From the NCBI GenBank assembly GCA_964291315.2, contig OZ219753.1:1024001-1088000 (forward strand): 64,000 nt of DNA. The letters are read 5' to 3'. A model generated the notes under the pieces. It worked only from the letters and a program-made list of their open reading frames with translations, had not been told where the DNA came from and ran no database searches. A program made the position numbers and the translations under genes. This document shows positions 41,727 to 51,745 of this stretch, one piece after another (position 1 is the first letter of the stretch; each line of letters opens with the position of its first letter). The stretch is from Candidatus Poribacteria bacterium. Lineage in GTDB: Bacteria > Poribacteria > WGA-4E > WGA-3G.

Positions 41727-42913
41727 TCGCCTCCGACAGCCTCAATCGCAATAAGTGTTAGATCATCGTCTTTCGGACAGTTCACTGTGAAAGTATCGAC
41801 TGCTTTTGAAACACTTGAGATGAGCTCCGCTGCTGGCTGCGCCGCACACTCGCTCACCAATTTTTGGAGGTTTTCTATCGTGAATTCTTCCCCTTGTGGA
41901 TTCTTGGCCTCGTAAACACCATCGGTATAAAGAAATATCTTGCTTAATCGACTGAACGGGTAATGTGCAGTTTCATAAACTGATTCCCGCCAAATGCCTA
42001 AACCGTTTCCAATATTTTTATCGCCGATAGCATAATAGGTTTGTTGATGCTCGTCATACAAGAAAGGAAAAGAATGTCCAGCATTTGCACAAATCAGTTC
42101 TTCTTTGCCGAGATCAATGATCCCACAAAACGCAGTCGCAAACATAAACAGCCGTGAACTAATCAGATCGTTAAAACGAGTGTTCAATCCTTCGAGCAGA
42201 TGCCCCGGATTATCCTCAACCAATTCTTGGAATTCCGCCAAAATCGTTTTAATGAAGACAGTCACAAAAGCGGCTGAAACGCCATGACCCATAACATCCG
42301 AGATAAAAACCCCCAGCCGATTCGGCATGATTTCCCAAACATCAAAGAAATCCCCACCGACAGCCATTTCCGGGCAACACCGGGAAGCAATCCGAAACCC
42401 AGATAATTCCTGAACCCCGTTCTGAGGAATCAGAATCTCCTGGATACTCCGTGCCATTTGGAGCTCTTCTTCCAAACGAGCATTATGTCTGGCTAGTGTG
42501 TCCTGATACCCCTTGATCCGTAGGAGAGAGCGGACTCGCGCCAAGACTTCTAAACTATCAAAGGGTTTTTCGATAAAATCATCGGCACCCACTTCAATAG
42601 ACTCAATTCGGTTTTCGCGCGTATCGCGCAGCGCAGTTATCATCACAATCGGAATAAATTCAGTCGTCTTATTTGCACGAACCTGCTTGACGACTTCAAA
42701 GCCATTCATCTTAGGCATGTTAATATCAAGTAAGATCAGATCCGGTTTCTCTTTCTCAAGAATATCGAGTGCCTCAACGCCATCCTCAGCGGTACAAACG
42801 TTGTAACCTTGCGCATTGAGATGGATCTCTAGTATTCTAACATTCTTAGGTTCATCATCAACCACAAGAATTTTAGAGGCTTTTTGTGCTTCCGGAGTCG
42901 TTTCAGAATTCAT
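41723..42913 (-). CDS. Receiver plus PP2C (SpoIIE/RsbU-type) phosphatase
   Basis: Receiver domain (VVDDEP, LLDINMP, KP); GGDFFD, DVMGHG, NAGH, YTDG and DDLT. Confidence 0.9.
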   Translation of the reverse strand: MNSETTPEAQKASKILVVDDEPKNVRILEIHLNAQGYNVCTAEDGVEALDILEKEKPDLILLDINMPKMNGFEVVKQVRANKTTEFIPIVMITALRDTRENRIESIEVGADDFIEKPFDSLEVLARVRSLLRIKGYQDTLARHNARLEEELQMARSIQEILIPQNGVQELSGFRIASRCCPEMAVGGDFFDVWEIMPNRLGVFISDVMGHGVSAAFVTVFIKTILAEFQELVEDNPGHLLEGLNTRFNDLISSRLFMFATAFCGIIDLGKEELICANAGHSFPFLYDEHQQTYYAIGDKNIGNGLGIWRESVYETAHYPFSRLSKIFLYTDGVYEAKNPQGEEFTIENLQKLVSECAAQPAAELISSVSKAVDTFTVNCPKDDDLTLIAIEAVGGD

Positions 42914-43347
42914 GTTTCTGTCCTTCTAAGATGGGCTTCTACGCGTTCTACGAGTACCTTAATGTCAATAGGTTTACTGAGGTAGTCATCGCACCCTGCT
43001 TTGAGAATCCGTTCCCTGTCACCAGACATTGCTGCAGCTGTTAATGCAATAATCGGTATATCTCCCCAATCAATGCTGGCTTTAATGCTCTGCGCCAATT
43101 CCTCACCACTTTGCCCCGGTAACGCAATATCCAAGAGAATGAGTTGTGGCGTGGTATTTTCTAGACTAGCAATGGCCTCAACAGCATCAGTCGCCTCAAC
43201 AACTGTATAGCCCTTCGACTGCAACACAATCCGGACAACTTTGCGGTTCAACTCTTGGTCCTCAATTACCAAGATGCGTTTCGGTGTTTCTGCCCCTCTT
43301 TTGACAGGGCACAATTCTTCGCTTTTCACGGGTTGCCCTCTATTCAT
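42910..43347 (-). CDS. Single-domain response regulator (DivK-like)
   Basis: IEDQ, LLDIALP, ALTA and GCDDYLSKP. Confidence 0.88.
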   Translation of the reverse strand: MNRGQPVKSEELCPVKRGAETPKRILVIEDQELNRKVVRIVLQSKGYTVVEATDAVEAIASLENTTPQLILLDIALPGQSGEELAQSIKASIDWGDIPIIALTAAAMSGDRERILKAGCDDYLSKPIDIKVLVERVEAHLRRTET

Positions 43348-43401
43348 GCCCGCAGCCCGAAATCAACCGGAGTTGCAGCACTAAGTTTCCATTCCCGAAA
43401 T

Positions 43402-45798
43402 CTATGCTATTCCATCAGACTCGTTACTAGTTTCAATTTCCAAACGTCGCAGCGGAATTATCACGGTGAAATTGCTCCCTTGCCCTTCCTGACTTTTAAC
43501 GCTAATTTCGCCGCCATGCAAGCCAACCAATCTCTGCGTTAATGCTAAACCCAGCCCGGTCCCTCCATACCGGCGAGACTTTGATGTATCAATTTGTGTA
43601 AATGGGGCAAAGAGTTTGGTTTGATCTGCTTCAGAAATACCTATCCCTGTATCTATAACCTGCGCACGCAACATTGTCTCAGTGAATTCTAACTTTGTCG
43701 TAACTTTTCCGCCTTCTGGCGTAAACTTTACCGCATTGGAGAGTAAATTGTAAAAGATCTGTTTAAGTTTGATCCGGTCGGCTTCAATTGTACAGGTCTG
43801 TTTATATGTCAAGGTAAGATCCAGCCCCTTTTTCAGAGCGAGTGCGGTGATAATAGCGTTCACCTCTTCCACGGCTTCAACAATAGAGAACTTTTCTATT
43901 TGCAGCACCATCTTGCCAGCTTCAATTTTTGATAAGTCGAGAATGTCGTTAATCATCTCCAATAAATGCTGACCACTTATATGAATATCGTTGATACATT
44001 CTTTCTGTTCAGCGTTGATGCTTCCAACAAGCTCGTCTCTCAAAATTTCGGCGAATCCGATGATCGCATTTAGTGGTGTGCGGAGCTCATGGCTCATATT
44101 TGCAAGGAAATCGCTTTTTGCACGACTTGCATATTCAGCGACTTCCTTTGCTTGTTGCATCGCTTTCTGGGTTTTTATTCGCTCCGTAACGTTCAGTGCC
44201 ATACTAATGCCCAAGCGCTTGTTGTCCGGAAGCTCCCCAAGCAAAGATGAACTAAATTCCCAGATCTGCTTTTCGCCTGGCTTGGTGAGAATCTCGTACT
44301 CGCCCTCTGCCACTCGTTCTGTGGAATGATACAATTGACCAAGGTGGGTCCGGATTGCTTCAGCCTCCTTACTGCTGGCCTGTTCAAGCCACTTCGAGAC
44401 CGTAGGAACGTCTACATGGGTATACCCAGTTAATTCCGTCCATGCACGGCTGATTTGCAAGATTTCCCCATCTTCGGAGTGAATCATGATTGGCAACGGG
44501 GCATTCAGCACAGCACGCCGAAAGCGCTCCTCGCTCCGCTGCAATTCGATTTCCGCCTGCTTTCGATCGGTTATATCTGTTGAAGTCATCACGAAGCCTA
44601 CCAGCTGACCCTCATGCTTGATGGGCCCTAGACAGGAGGCGTACCAATATCTGCTCACCTGCCCTTGAACTTCATAGGTGGCGACTCCACCAGTTTCAAT
44701 GACTCGGGCACAAGCCACCCTAAACCGTTCATGATGTTCCTCCGTGAGAAAATCAAAAATGCTTTTCCCGATAACGTTTTGAGCGTTCAACCCAGTGCCA
44801 GCTGGAAACCTATTGACAAAGGTCAGACGACAATCAAGATCCATAGTTGAGATAGTATCCGGCGCACTCTCAACAAGAGAACGCCATTTCGCTTCAGAAT
44901 CCTGGACTGCTTGTTGGACGCGATAGTATTCAGTTATGTCTCTTGAGATACCACACGTCCCTTTAATACGACCGTCTCTATCGAGAATCGGAACTTTCGT
45001 GGTTGACACCCACGTGTCTTGTTCATCTGGCCACGTCTCTTTTTCCTGTTTCGCTTCGATCGGTTTCCCAGATTTGATAACGCTCTGCTCATCTTGATAG
45101 GCTTGCTGTGCATGTTCACGTGTGAAAAAATCAAAATCTGTTTTTAGTACCGCTTCTGATGGACTTTTCAAACCAAAATGTGCCGCTAAAGATCGATTAA
45201 TTCGAATAAATCGACTTTCTGTATCCTTAAAATAGATGTGATCTGGCGTATTTTCCATCAGGGTATGCAAGAAGTCGCTTTCTTCAGTATGCTTTACCAC
45301 CAGCTGCTGGAAACGTGTTTCATTTTCTTTCACCTTCGCTTCCAACTCTTTTCGCAGCGTGATGTCCCTGATGACTAGATAACAGATCTTTTTCTTAGAA
45401 CACTTTGTAACATGCCATTTCAACCACTTATACGACGTGTCTTTACACTGAAAGCGGTTCTCAAAGTTAACGCTCTCACATTCGCCAATCTTTACTTTTT
45501 CAACTTCGGCAAGGGTCTTCTGTCTATCCTCGGAGTGTATGTAGGTACCCCACTGTTGTCCTCGTATTTCTGAAGGAGGGATTCCCAGGATGGTTTGCCA
45601 GGCCGAGTTAATCGCAACAATACCTCCGTCACACCTAATATATCCAAACATGTCAGTGGAGATTTCAAGAAAAGGATTAATTTCGACGATATCTTCTGTT
45701 ACGTCTGTTACGTCAAGCGCGCGCGCTACGTTTTTAAGCTGCTTCATGTTTCCGCTCCAATAGTTACGAGTCAGAGGCACCTTGCACTGCACAGTCAC
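43402..45798 (-). CDS. Multi-PAS sensor histidine kinase (start may be ATG 45747)
   Basis: Four PAS/PAC repeats (..RDIT..), MSHELRTPL, NLLSNAVKFT, DTGIGI and GTGLGL. Confidence 0.9.
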   Translation of the reverse strand: MTVQCKVPLTRNYWSGNMKQLKNVARALDVTDVTEDIVEINPFLEISTDMFGYIRCDGGIVAINSAWQTILGIPPSEIRGQQWGTYIHSEDRQKTLAEVEKVKIGECESVNFENRFQCKDTSYKWLKWHVTKCSKKKICYLVIRDITLRKELEAKVKENETRFQQLVVKHTEESDFLHTLMENTPDHIYFKDTESRFIRINRSLAAHFGLKSPSEAVLKTDFDFFTREHAQQAYQDEQSVIKSGKPIEAKQEKETWPDEQDTWVSTTKVPILDRDGRIKGTCGISRDITEYYRVQQAVQDSEAKWRSLVESAPDTISTMDLDCRLTFVNRFPAGTGLNAQNVIGKSIFDFLTEEHHERFRVACARVIETGGVATYEVQGQVSRYWYASCLGPIKHEGQLVGFVMTSTDITDRKQAEIELQRSEERFRRAVLNAPLPIMIHSEDGEILQISRAWTELTGYTHVDVPTVSKWLEQASSKEAEAIRTHLGQLYHSTERVAEGEYEILTKPGEKQIWEFSSSLLGELPDNKRLGISMALNVTERIKTQKAMQQAKEVAEYASRAKSDFLANMSHELRTPLNAIIGFAEILRDELVGSINAEQKECINDIHISGQHLLEMINDILDLSKIEAGKMVLQIEKFSIVEAVEEVNAIITALALKKGLDLTLTYKQTCTIEADRIKLKQIFYNLLSNAVKFTPEGGKVTTKLEFTETMLRAQVIDTGIGISEADQTKLFAPFTQIDTSKSRRYGGTGLGLALTQRLVGLHGGEISVKSQEGQGSNFTVIIPLRRLEIETSNESDGIA

Positions 45799-45811
45799 GC
45801 TTGCTAGCGAG

Positions 45812-46573
45812 CTACCTAGTTACCAACACCGCACGGCTCGCTAGTTTAACAACAGTTTGTGTCGTACTTTGAAAAACAAGTTCGTATAGCCTACCGTGAT
45901 GACTTGCACTCAGGGCAATTAAATCGCAATCGTTTGCTTCTGCATTTTCCAGAACATTCGCTCCGGTAAAGCCGCGGGCAGTCAGGAAATCGGCTTCAAC
46001 GTCATAGTATTCCAGGTACGCAGCCATCTGCTGTTTAATTTGAGTGGCTTCAAATTGCGTATTTGAGAGCGCGAGTCCAAGGATCGAGGCTTTCGTCAGC
46101 TCACCGATTTCCGCAACAAGCCCTAAAACATTATCGGAGTAGACATCCCCATGATGGACAGCGAGAATCTTCCGCAAAAGTGTACACTGTTCATGCACCA
46201 CGATAATAGGTCTTGTAATATGCAGCAGAACATCATCAATTTGATTCTGAATATATTTCAGGCGTCCTGATTTTACATCTTCAGGAAGACCTACAACCAC
46301 GAGGTCGGCGGATTGTGCCTTTTCGCAGATCATTTGTCGCGGGTTACCAGCCACTGCTTCAACATGATAATCCAAAAAGTCGTAAAGCGCACATTCTGCT
46401 TCCGTTCGACGCAGAATAGGTTCGGCAACCTCAGCGTTTCCACCATGGCTGCTGTCTTGAAAGAAAACGCATGATAGATGGGTCTCTAAAAGCACCGCCA
46501 ATTGCCCAGCATACTCAAAAGCATTTTTTTCATAATCCGTACTGCCAATAGCGACGAGGATGTTTTTAATCAT
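45812..46573 (-). CDS. Universal stress protein (two USP domains)
   Basis: MIKNILVA, ADLVVVG, DLIAL..FQSTTQ. Confidence 0.75.
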   Translation of the reverse strand: MIKNILVAIGSTDYEKNAFEYAGQLAVLLETHLSCVFFQDSSHGGNAEVAEPILRRTEAECALYDFLDYHVEAVAGNPRQMICEKAQSADLVVVGLPEDVKSGRLKYIQNQIDDVLLHITRPIIVVHEQCTLLRKILAVHHGDVYSDNVLGLVAEIGELTKASILGLALSNTQFEATQIKQQMAAYLEYYDVEADFLTARGFTGANVLENAEANDCDLIALSASHHGRLYELVFQSTTQTVVKLASRAVLVTR

Positions 46574-46671
46574 GAGATGTCCTTTATAATTGTGATACTT
46601 ACTGGATTACTTGCAGGTCTTACGAACCAAGCTACGCTGCAATCAAAATTAAGCCAGCCAGAACTCCACTG

Positions 46672-47049
46672 CTAGTGACGTAGCAAGGCAGCAATAGCTT
46701 CTTCTTCACTCTCAAAACTGTTAAAAACGGTGATTAACCGCGCCATGACGATGAGGTTTTTGACCTGCTTGTTCACATTAATCACAGCGATTTCGCCCCC
46801 ACGCGGGTGAATATCGGAATACACTTTCATTAATACACCGAGCCCAGAACTATCCATTCCAGTTACTTCTTTAAAGTCAAATAGGAATTTTGGCGGAGAG
46901 GTTTGGGTTACTAAAGCTGCTTCTACAGCTTCCGATATCTCTTTGACACCGGGGGCGATCATTCTACCCGTCAATCTAAAAATCACTACCCCTTCCCTCT
47001 CCGACACAGTGATTGCCATAATATTGTGTTCCTTTAAGTTTAGATACAT
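46672..47049 (-). CDS. STAS anti-anti-sigma factor
   Basis: DFKEVTGMDSSGLGVL. Confidence 0.85.
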   Translation of the reverse strand: MYLNLKEHNIMAITVSEREGVVIFRLTGRMIAPGVKEISEAVEAALVTQTSPPKFLFDFKEVTGMDSSGLGVLMKVYSDIHPRGGEIAVINVNKQVKNLIVMARLITVFNSFESEEEAIAALLRH

Positions 47050-47539
47050 CTCATAAAAGACGACAAATTTAACCCCGAAATTCCTGTCTCAAACCGTTGC
47101 CACTCGGTATACTAACCGAAGGCACTGATACATTACGATCTTATAGGACGTTCAGTAGCGTTTGTCGACTCCGCAAACTGAACAACATATCATATGATGT
47201 AGACTTTGAATGCCGATTTATTCATCAATAGGTAGCCTCTTCGGCGATTTGGCTAGACCGGAACTCGCCGCTTTGAAGGCCTACCAGCACTTTCGCCTCA
47301 GTGCTTCATAGTGCTGAGCATCCGAAGAAGCTGCTGGACCGGGGGGCAGCACGTTCTCAACAAAACTCTGTTTCCCCAAGTCTATAACTTTCTCAGTGTG
47401 ATCATCCGATAAAACGCTCCAAAAACTACTCATCCTCATGTATAAATTTTTCTGTTTTCCACAAGGTTTGAATGTTTTAGGAGACTCTCCTAAGACTCCA
47501 ATCCATTTGAAGCGTCGGATAGTCTCCGAACAACACAAT

Positions 47540-47887
47540 TTAACGCTCACTTGATAGTTCCGTAACCGCCTCCTGCTCACTATTAAAATGTTCAAAGATG
47601 CTAACAAGCCGGCTTCGAACTATCAGATTTTTGATATTTCTTCCCACATTAATGACTCCAATACGACCGTTCTTGCGCGTTGCGGTAACGTGGGCACCCA
47701 TGAGTGTACCGAGACCAGAACTATCCATCATATTAACGCGTTCAAAATTAATGAGAATGCGTGGTTCATCAATGGCATCTATTTGTGAAACAATCGCCTC
47801 GCGTAACTCTGAAACTGCCGATCCCATTATCTTTCCACTCGGTTCTAAAATCGCAACACCATCTTTTTGACGAATCGTGGTTGGCAT
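47540..47887 (-). CDS. STAS anti-anti-sigma factor
   Basis: NFERVNMMDSSGLGTL; AAGGAG RBS. Confidence 0.85.
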   Translation of the reverse strand: MPTTIRQKDGVAILEPSGKIMGSAVSELREAIVSQIDAIDEPRILINFERVNMMDSSGLGTLMGAHVTATRKNGRIGVINVGRNIKNLIVRSRLVSIFEHFNSEQEAVTELSSER

Positions 47888-48105
47888 AATCTTCTCCTTT
47901 TTATTTCCTTATAATACTGAACTCGAACCTATTTTTTTAATTTTACACTTTTTTTAATTATTTGTCAACAATCAATTTAAGCTGCTTACGGCTACTCCTT
48001 CTTCGACTTTTGGAAAACAGACACAATTAAGACCTCTTCTTATCAAAATTCCCGCTACAACTCCTCGTTTCTCTGTGTCGGAATGAGGTGTGTCAAGCAG
48101 ATAAT

Positions 48106-48133
48106 TTGACAATTTCGGTAAATGTCGTATAAT
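48106..48133 (+). promoter_or_regulatory. sigma-70 promoter
   Basis: TTGACA-16nt-TATAAT upstream of a GGAGGAG RBS. Confidence 0.65.
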
Positions 48134-48156
48134 AGCGGACAATCAATAAAGGAGGA

Positions 48157-48963
48157 GTGAAGATGAAAATTAGAAATTGGACAGAATTTGCCACAATCTC
48201 GTTGATCGTTATCGCTTTTGGGATCTTAGTTGCAAGTATTGGTTCTTTTGCTGTGCTTGATCCGAAAACCGTTGAGGTCGCTTATCTTTTTGATGAGGGG
48301 AGAGGTAGTGTTGCCAAAGATCTCTCTGAAAACCGTAGAGACGGAGAAATATCTGGGGCGAAATACACTAAAGGAGTGTTTGGAACATGTCTGGATTACG
48401 ACGGTAAAGATGATAATTTAGTTATCACCGGCTACGCCGGGATTGGAGGAACAGACCCCCGAACAACAGTTTTCTGGTTTAAAGCCGGAGACACAAGAGA
48501 ACATTCATGGGTGAAGTGGGGCCCCGACCAGACAGGAGAAAAATATTATGTGCGGGCACACCTGAGAGGCGCTGAGTGCAACTTAAGAATTGAGGTCGCT
48601 GGCGGGCAAAATTACGGGGCAGACAACGTCTGTGATAAAGAATGGCATCACATGGCAGTGGTTTTTCCCAAGGGGGCAGGCGCAGTGAAAGACCACGATC
48701 TCTACGTCGACGGCGAGCTTCAAACCAAAGAGGGCAACGATCAAGTAATGGACACCAATGACAAGGCTCAGGAGGTGAATATAGGTGACTTCTTAGCACA
48801 CCATGACTTTATGTTCGGGCTCTTCGATGAAGTCGCCATTTTTAGCGTGGACCTGACTGAAGATCAAATTAAGGCAATCAGGGATAATGGATTACAAGCA
48901 GCGCTCGGTGTGGATCCACAACGGAAATTAACCACCAGCTGGGGGATAATTAAAAAATATTAA
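48157..48963 (+). CDS. Secreted LamG/concanavalin-like domain protein with KLTTSWGIIK tail
   Basis: YLFDEGRG, G.FG.CLDYDG, WHHMAVV, LYVDG and FDEVAIF. Confidence 0.85.
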   Translation: MKMKIRNWTEFATISLIVIAFGILVASIGSFAVLDPKTVEVAYLFDEGRGSVAKDLSENRRDGEISGAKYTKGVFGTCLDYDGKDDNLVITGYAGIGGTDPRTTVFWFKAGDTREHSWVKWGPDQTGEKYYVRAHLRGAECNLRIEVAGGQNYGADNVCDKEWHHMAVVFPKGAGAVKDHDLYVDGELQTKEGNDQVMDTNDKAQEVNIGDFLAHHDFMFGLFDEVAIFSVDLTEDQIKAIRDNGLQAALGVDPQRKLTTSWGIIKKY

Positions 48964-49785
48964 TTAATCCCACAGATCCAGTCCGAGTAGTTTCCGCCCC
49001 AAAGATGTCAGTTCCGCGGGCCCATAATTTTGGGCTTCCCAACCGCGCGGGTCCCCTGGATAAGGACCTCGTCCAAGTGCCCGGCGCTCCCTCCATAATG
49101 TGATCCGTTCTTGCCGTCTCGCTTCATCCATCGGATTAGGAACAGGGTAGAAGTTCATGTATTGCGCCAATCGCGGTTTATGAGCCGTATTTCGGCCATT
49201 GCCGTGTGGAAGGGCTACATGCCAAATCAGCATCGAACCCGCCTTCCCAGGCACCTGAACGAACTTTTCAGGGGAAATCTCTGGCACCCACGGATTTTCC
49301 TCAGCAATTAAAGACTTATGCGCGCCCGGCCAGCAGACAAATGAACCCTGATTGTCAGCCGTATCTGTCAGAAATAGTACACCTTGTGTGTGGAAACGAA
49401 TAGGTAGCTTTGAGGTGTCGGCATCCCAATGGTACATGCCCTTATGGTCCCACTCAGGATAGTCGGGATGCCTCGGCGGTTTCATGTTGACTCGGTCCGG
49501 ATGCACCCAAATACGATGAGTGCCGTAGACCTCGGTATAGATTTGGTGGATCGGCGGATGTTGGTAGACGTTCCACATCGCTTGGTGTTGATACATCTCC
49601 ACCATCCCCGCGCCAGGTTTATGAGGCGCGCGATACCAATCGTTTGGATCTGAAGCATCCATTTCCAAAAACGCAAAAATTGCATCAACGACTGCATCAC
49701 ATAGCTCTGTTGGAACAGCGTTTTCGATGACCATGTAACCGTATTCATCAAAATGGCTACGATGTGTTTGTGTGAGTATTCCCAT
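48964..49785 (-). CDS. PhyH family dioxygenase
   Basis: HWD, QGVL.LTD, PGAHK and LPHGNGRN. Confidence 0.8.
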   Translation of the reverse strand: MGILTQTHRSHFDEYGYMVIENAVPTELCDAVVDAIFAFLEMDASDPNDWYRAPHKPGAGMVEMYQHQAMWNVYQHPPIHQIYTEVYGTHRIWVHPDRVNMKPPRHPDYPEWDHKGMYHWDADTSKLPIRFHTQGVLFLTDTADNQGSFVCWPGAHKSLIAEENPWVPEISPEKFVQVPGKAGSMLIWHVALPHGNGRNTAHKPRLAQYMNFYPVPNPMDEARRQERITLWRERRALGRGPYPGDPRGWEAQNYGPAELTSLGRKLLGLDLWD

Positions 49786-49898
49786 CAGGCTCCCTTTCGT
49801 GTGAATGTTTTGTATTTATTAAAATAGTAGCAGCTTCATCATTCAAAGTCAATAGCATAAGCAAGCGTTGTTTCTGATAGCGGATGGAGTGCATAGGT

Positions 49899-51407
49899 TT
49901 ACCTGACGACTCTGCCATCAACAGCGTGTTGCGCAAAGGTGTGTCCACACAGGCTTAACACCGTTGGAAAAATATCAACCGAACGGATGTGCTTTTCGGC
50001 GATCGGGTAGCTCGTTGCAAGTGGGATGGACAGATGCTCCGCGATTAGGGCACCGTGTGTCGCCTGATGTTTAGGTACTTCGTAACGGGCGCGAAGATCA
50101 TAACCACTTTCAGCGCTGAGAACCAGATCCCCCGTTCGTTCGCTCCTGAAAATCTGCCACAATTGGACGATGCCATCCGGGTACCGGCTGTCGTACGTTT
50201 CATGTAATGCCTCATGTGAGGACAGATTTTCGTAGCAGACAGCGTATCCGAGCGGGTCTGTTCCAGTAAACCGATAGGAGAAGCGCAGCGAATCTGCATG
50301 TTTAAAGGGGGACTGTGCCGGTTGTGAAGTGTCGTGCTCTACATCTTGTGAATAGCACCTGATTCTGCCTTGGCCCGTTCGACTTTGCACGATAATGTCG
50401 CCTGTTTCGCTCTGCCCCGCGACCAGACCCAATCCATCCAATTCAATCAATGAAGCAGGAACTCCCGTCTGTTGAAGTTTCTCGAAAGATGTGCGTCCAC
50501 CCCATCCTTTTTTAGCAGATCTGTTTTTAAAATAGAGATGTGTCATCCCGTTTCCTGATACCATACTAGCGGACACCGCGCTCTGCCGCCAGATCTTCGG
50601 ATAATGCAGGCAAGGCCAACCGTTGTTGTCTAAATGTTGTGGAATATCAATGTGCGTATGTGTGTCCGTCATTCCGTGGTCACTAGTAATCAGAATGAGC
50701 GTTTCCTCTAGGGTATTCGCTTTTTGTAAAGAGTGGACTAGATGTCCAATAGCCGTATCTATCTCTCTATAGGTCTGAAGCACATGTGCAGAACGTATAT
50801 CTGTGAGATGTGAAAAGGTATCGACCGCTGGAAAAAGGCACATCACGAACTTGTCCCCGGCTTCAGCAGCTTCGTACAAATACCGGGTTGCTGCCCGATT
50901 GACAAAACTCCATCTATGCGAAAAATGGGCATAAGTGTAGAAAAACGGTTTTATCCACCGAGTCAGGTTTTTAGAAGGTAGACAGCCACGAGTGAGAAGG
51001 TTGTAGATATTGCTTGCAGATGAGAAAAAGTTGAAGAGTGTTGGATAACCTGCCGGTAGATCGGCTTCAAAATACAGCCCATCAATTCCCATATAACTGC
51101 AGATGCCGGGGCGTTTGAAACGGTGCGGGGACTGAAATTCTGATTTGGATAACCAACGGATACCCGGGATATTGGCTGTGCCCGGGTATAACCCCATGAA
51201 AAAAGGCACAAAGGCAGGCCCCGTTGTTGATGGAAAAACAGAGATCGCTCTGTTCAGACCGCCGCGGTCTACAACATGCCTTTTAATGTTCGGAAGATCA
51301 CCATTCTCAAGCAACTCTCTAAAGATCGCATAAGGGGCACCATCAATTAAGATGAAAACGAAGCGTTTGAAGTATGGTTCGTTTAATGTCATCGGTTCTC
51401 TGCCCAC
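49899..51407 (-). CDS. Alkaline phosphatase superfamily nucleotide pyrophosphatase/phosphodiesterase
   Basis: ILIDG, FPSTTGP, DTFSH, SDHG and THG. Confidence 0.8.
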   Translation of the reverse strand: MGREPMTLNEPYFKRFVFILIDGAPYAIFRELLENGDLPNIKRHVVDRGGLNRAISVFPSTTGPAFVPFFMGLYPGTANIPGIRWLSKSEFQSPHRFKRPGICSYMGIDGLYFEADLPAGYPTLFNFFSSASNIYNLLTRGCLPSKNLTRWIKPFFYTYAHFSHRWSFVNRAATRYLYEAAEAGDKFVMCLFPAVDTFSHLTDIRSAHVLQTYREIDTAIGHLVHSLQKANTLEETLILITSDHGMTDTHTHIDIPQHLDNNGWPCLHYPKIWRQSAVSASMVSGNGMTHLYFKNRSAKKGWGGRTSFEKLQQTGVPASLIELDGLGLVAGQSETGDIIVQSRTGQGRIRCYSQDVEHDTSQPAQSPFKHADSLRFSYRFTGTDPLGYAVCYENLSSHEALHETYDSRYPDGIVQLWQIFRSERTGDLVLSAESGYDLRARYEVPKHQATHGALIAEHLSIPLATSYPIAEKHIRSVDIFPTVLSLCGHTFAQHAVDGRVVR

Positions 51408-51745
51408 ATATCGTTTCTTTGCCGAAATAAAATTTCAGGTGCGATCGCACCAGCACTTTGAAAAGACACTGAGCCAACGCTAAGGAGGATTCGGTGTCTG
51501 CCAAGCTCAGACCCACACAGTGGAGGTCAGACACGGATGCACAAAAAGATCGCCTAGATTCTTACCCGAAGGAATCTCTCAGGGGCACTTTGATAAAACT
51601 TAAATAATTCGTCTTTGTATAACTTACACTACAAGCACTAGTATATGTGTGTATTAAAAATATAATCAAGTCAAAAATATATGGCGGTTCACTCTTCACG
51701 CCTCCATGGAACCGAAGATATGCGGCTCCGAATCGCTATTAGATC

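Noticed and set aside
47230-47300. TTCCGGTCTA on the minus strand resembles c-di-GMP-I riboswitch P3
   Set aside because: No GGCAAA/GAAA-tetraloop P2 and no complementary 3' strand
51562-51585. CCCGAAGGAATCTCTCAGG resembles part of a glycine riboswitch
   Set aside because: It is on the wrong strand relative to the flanking genes, lacks a properly placed GGAGA P1 partner, and no glycine-related gene is nearby
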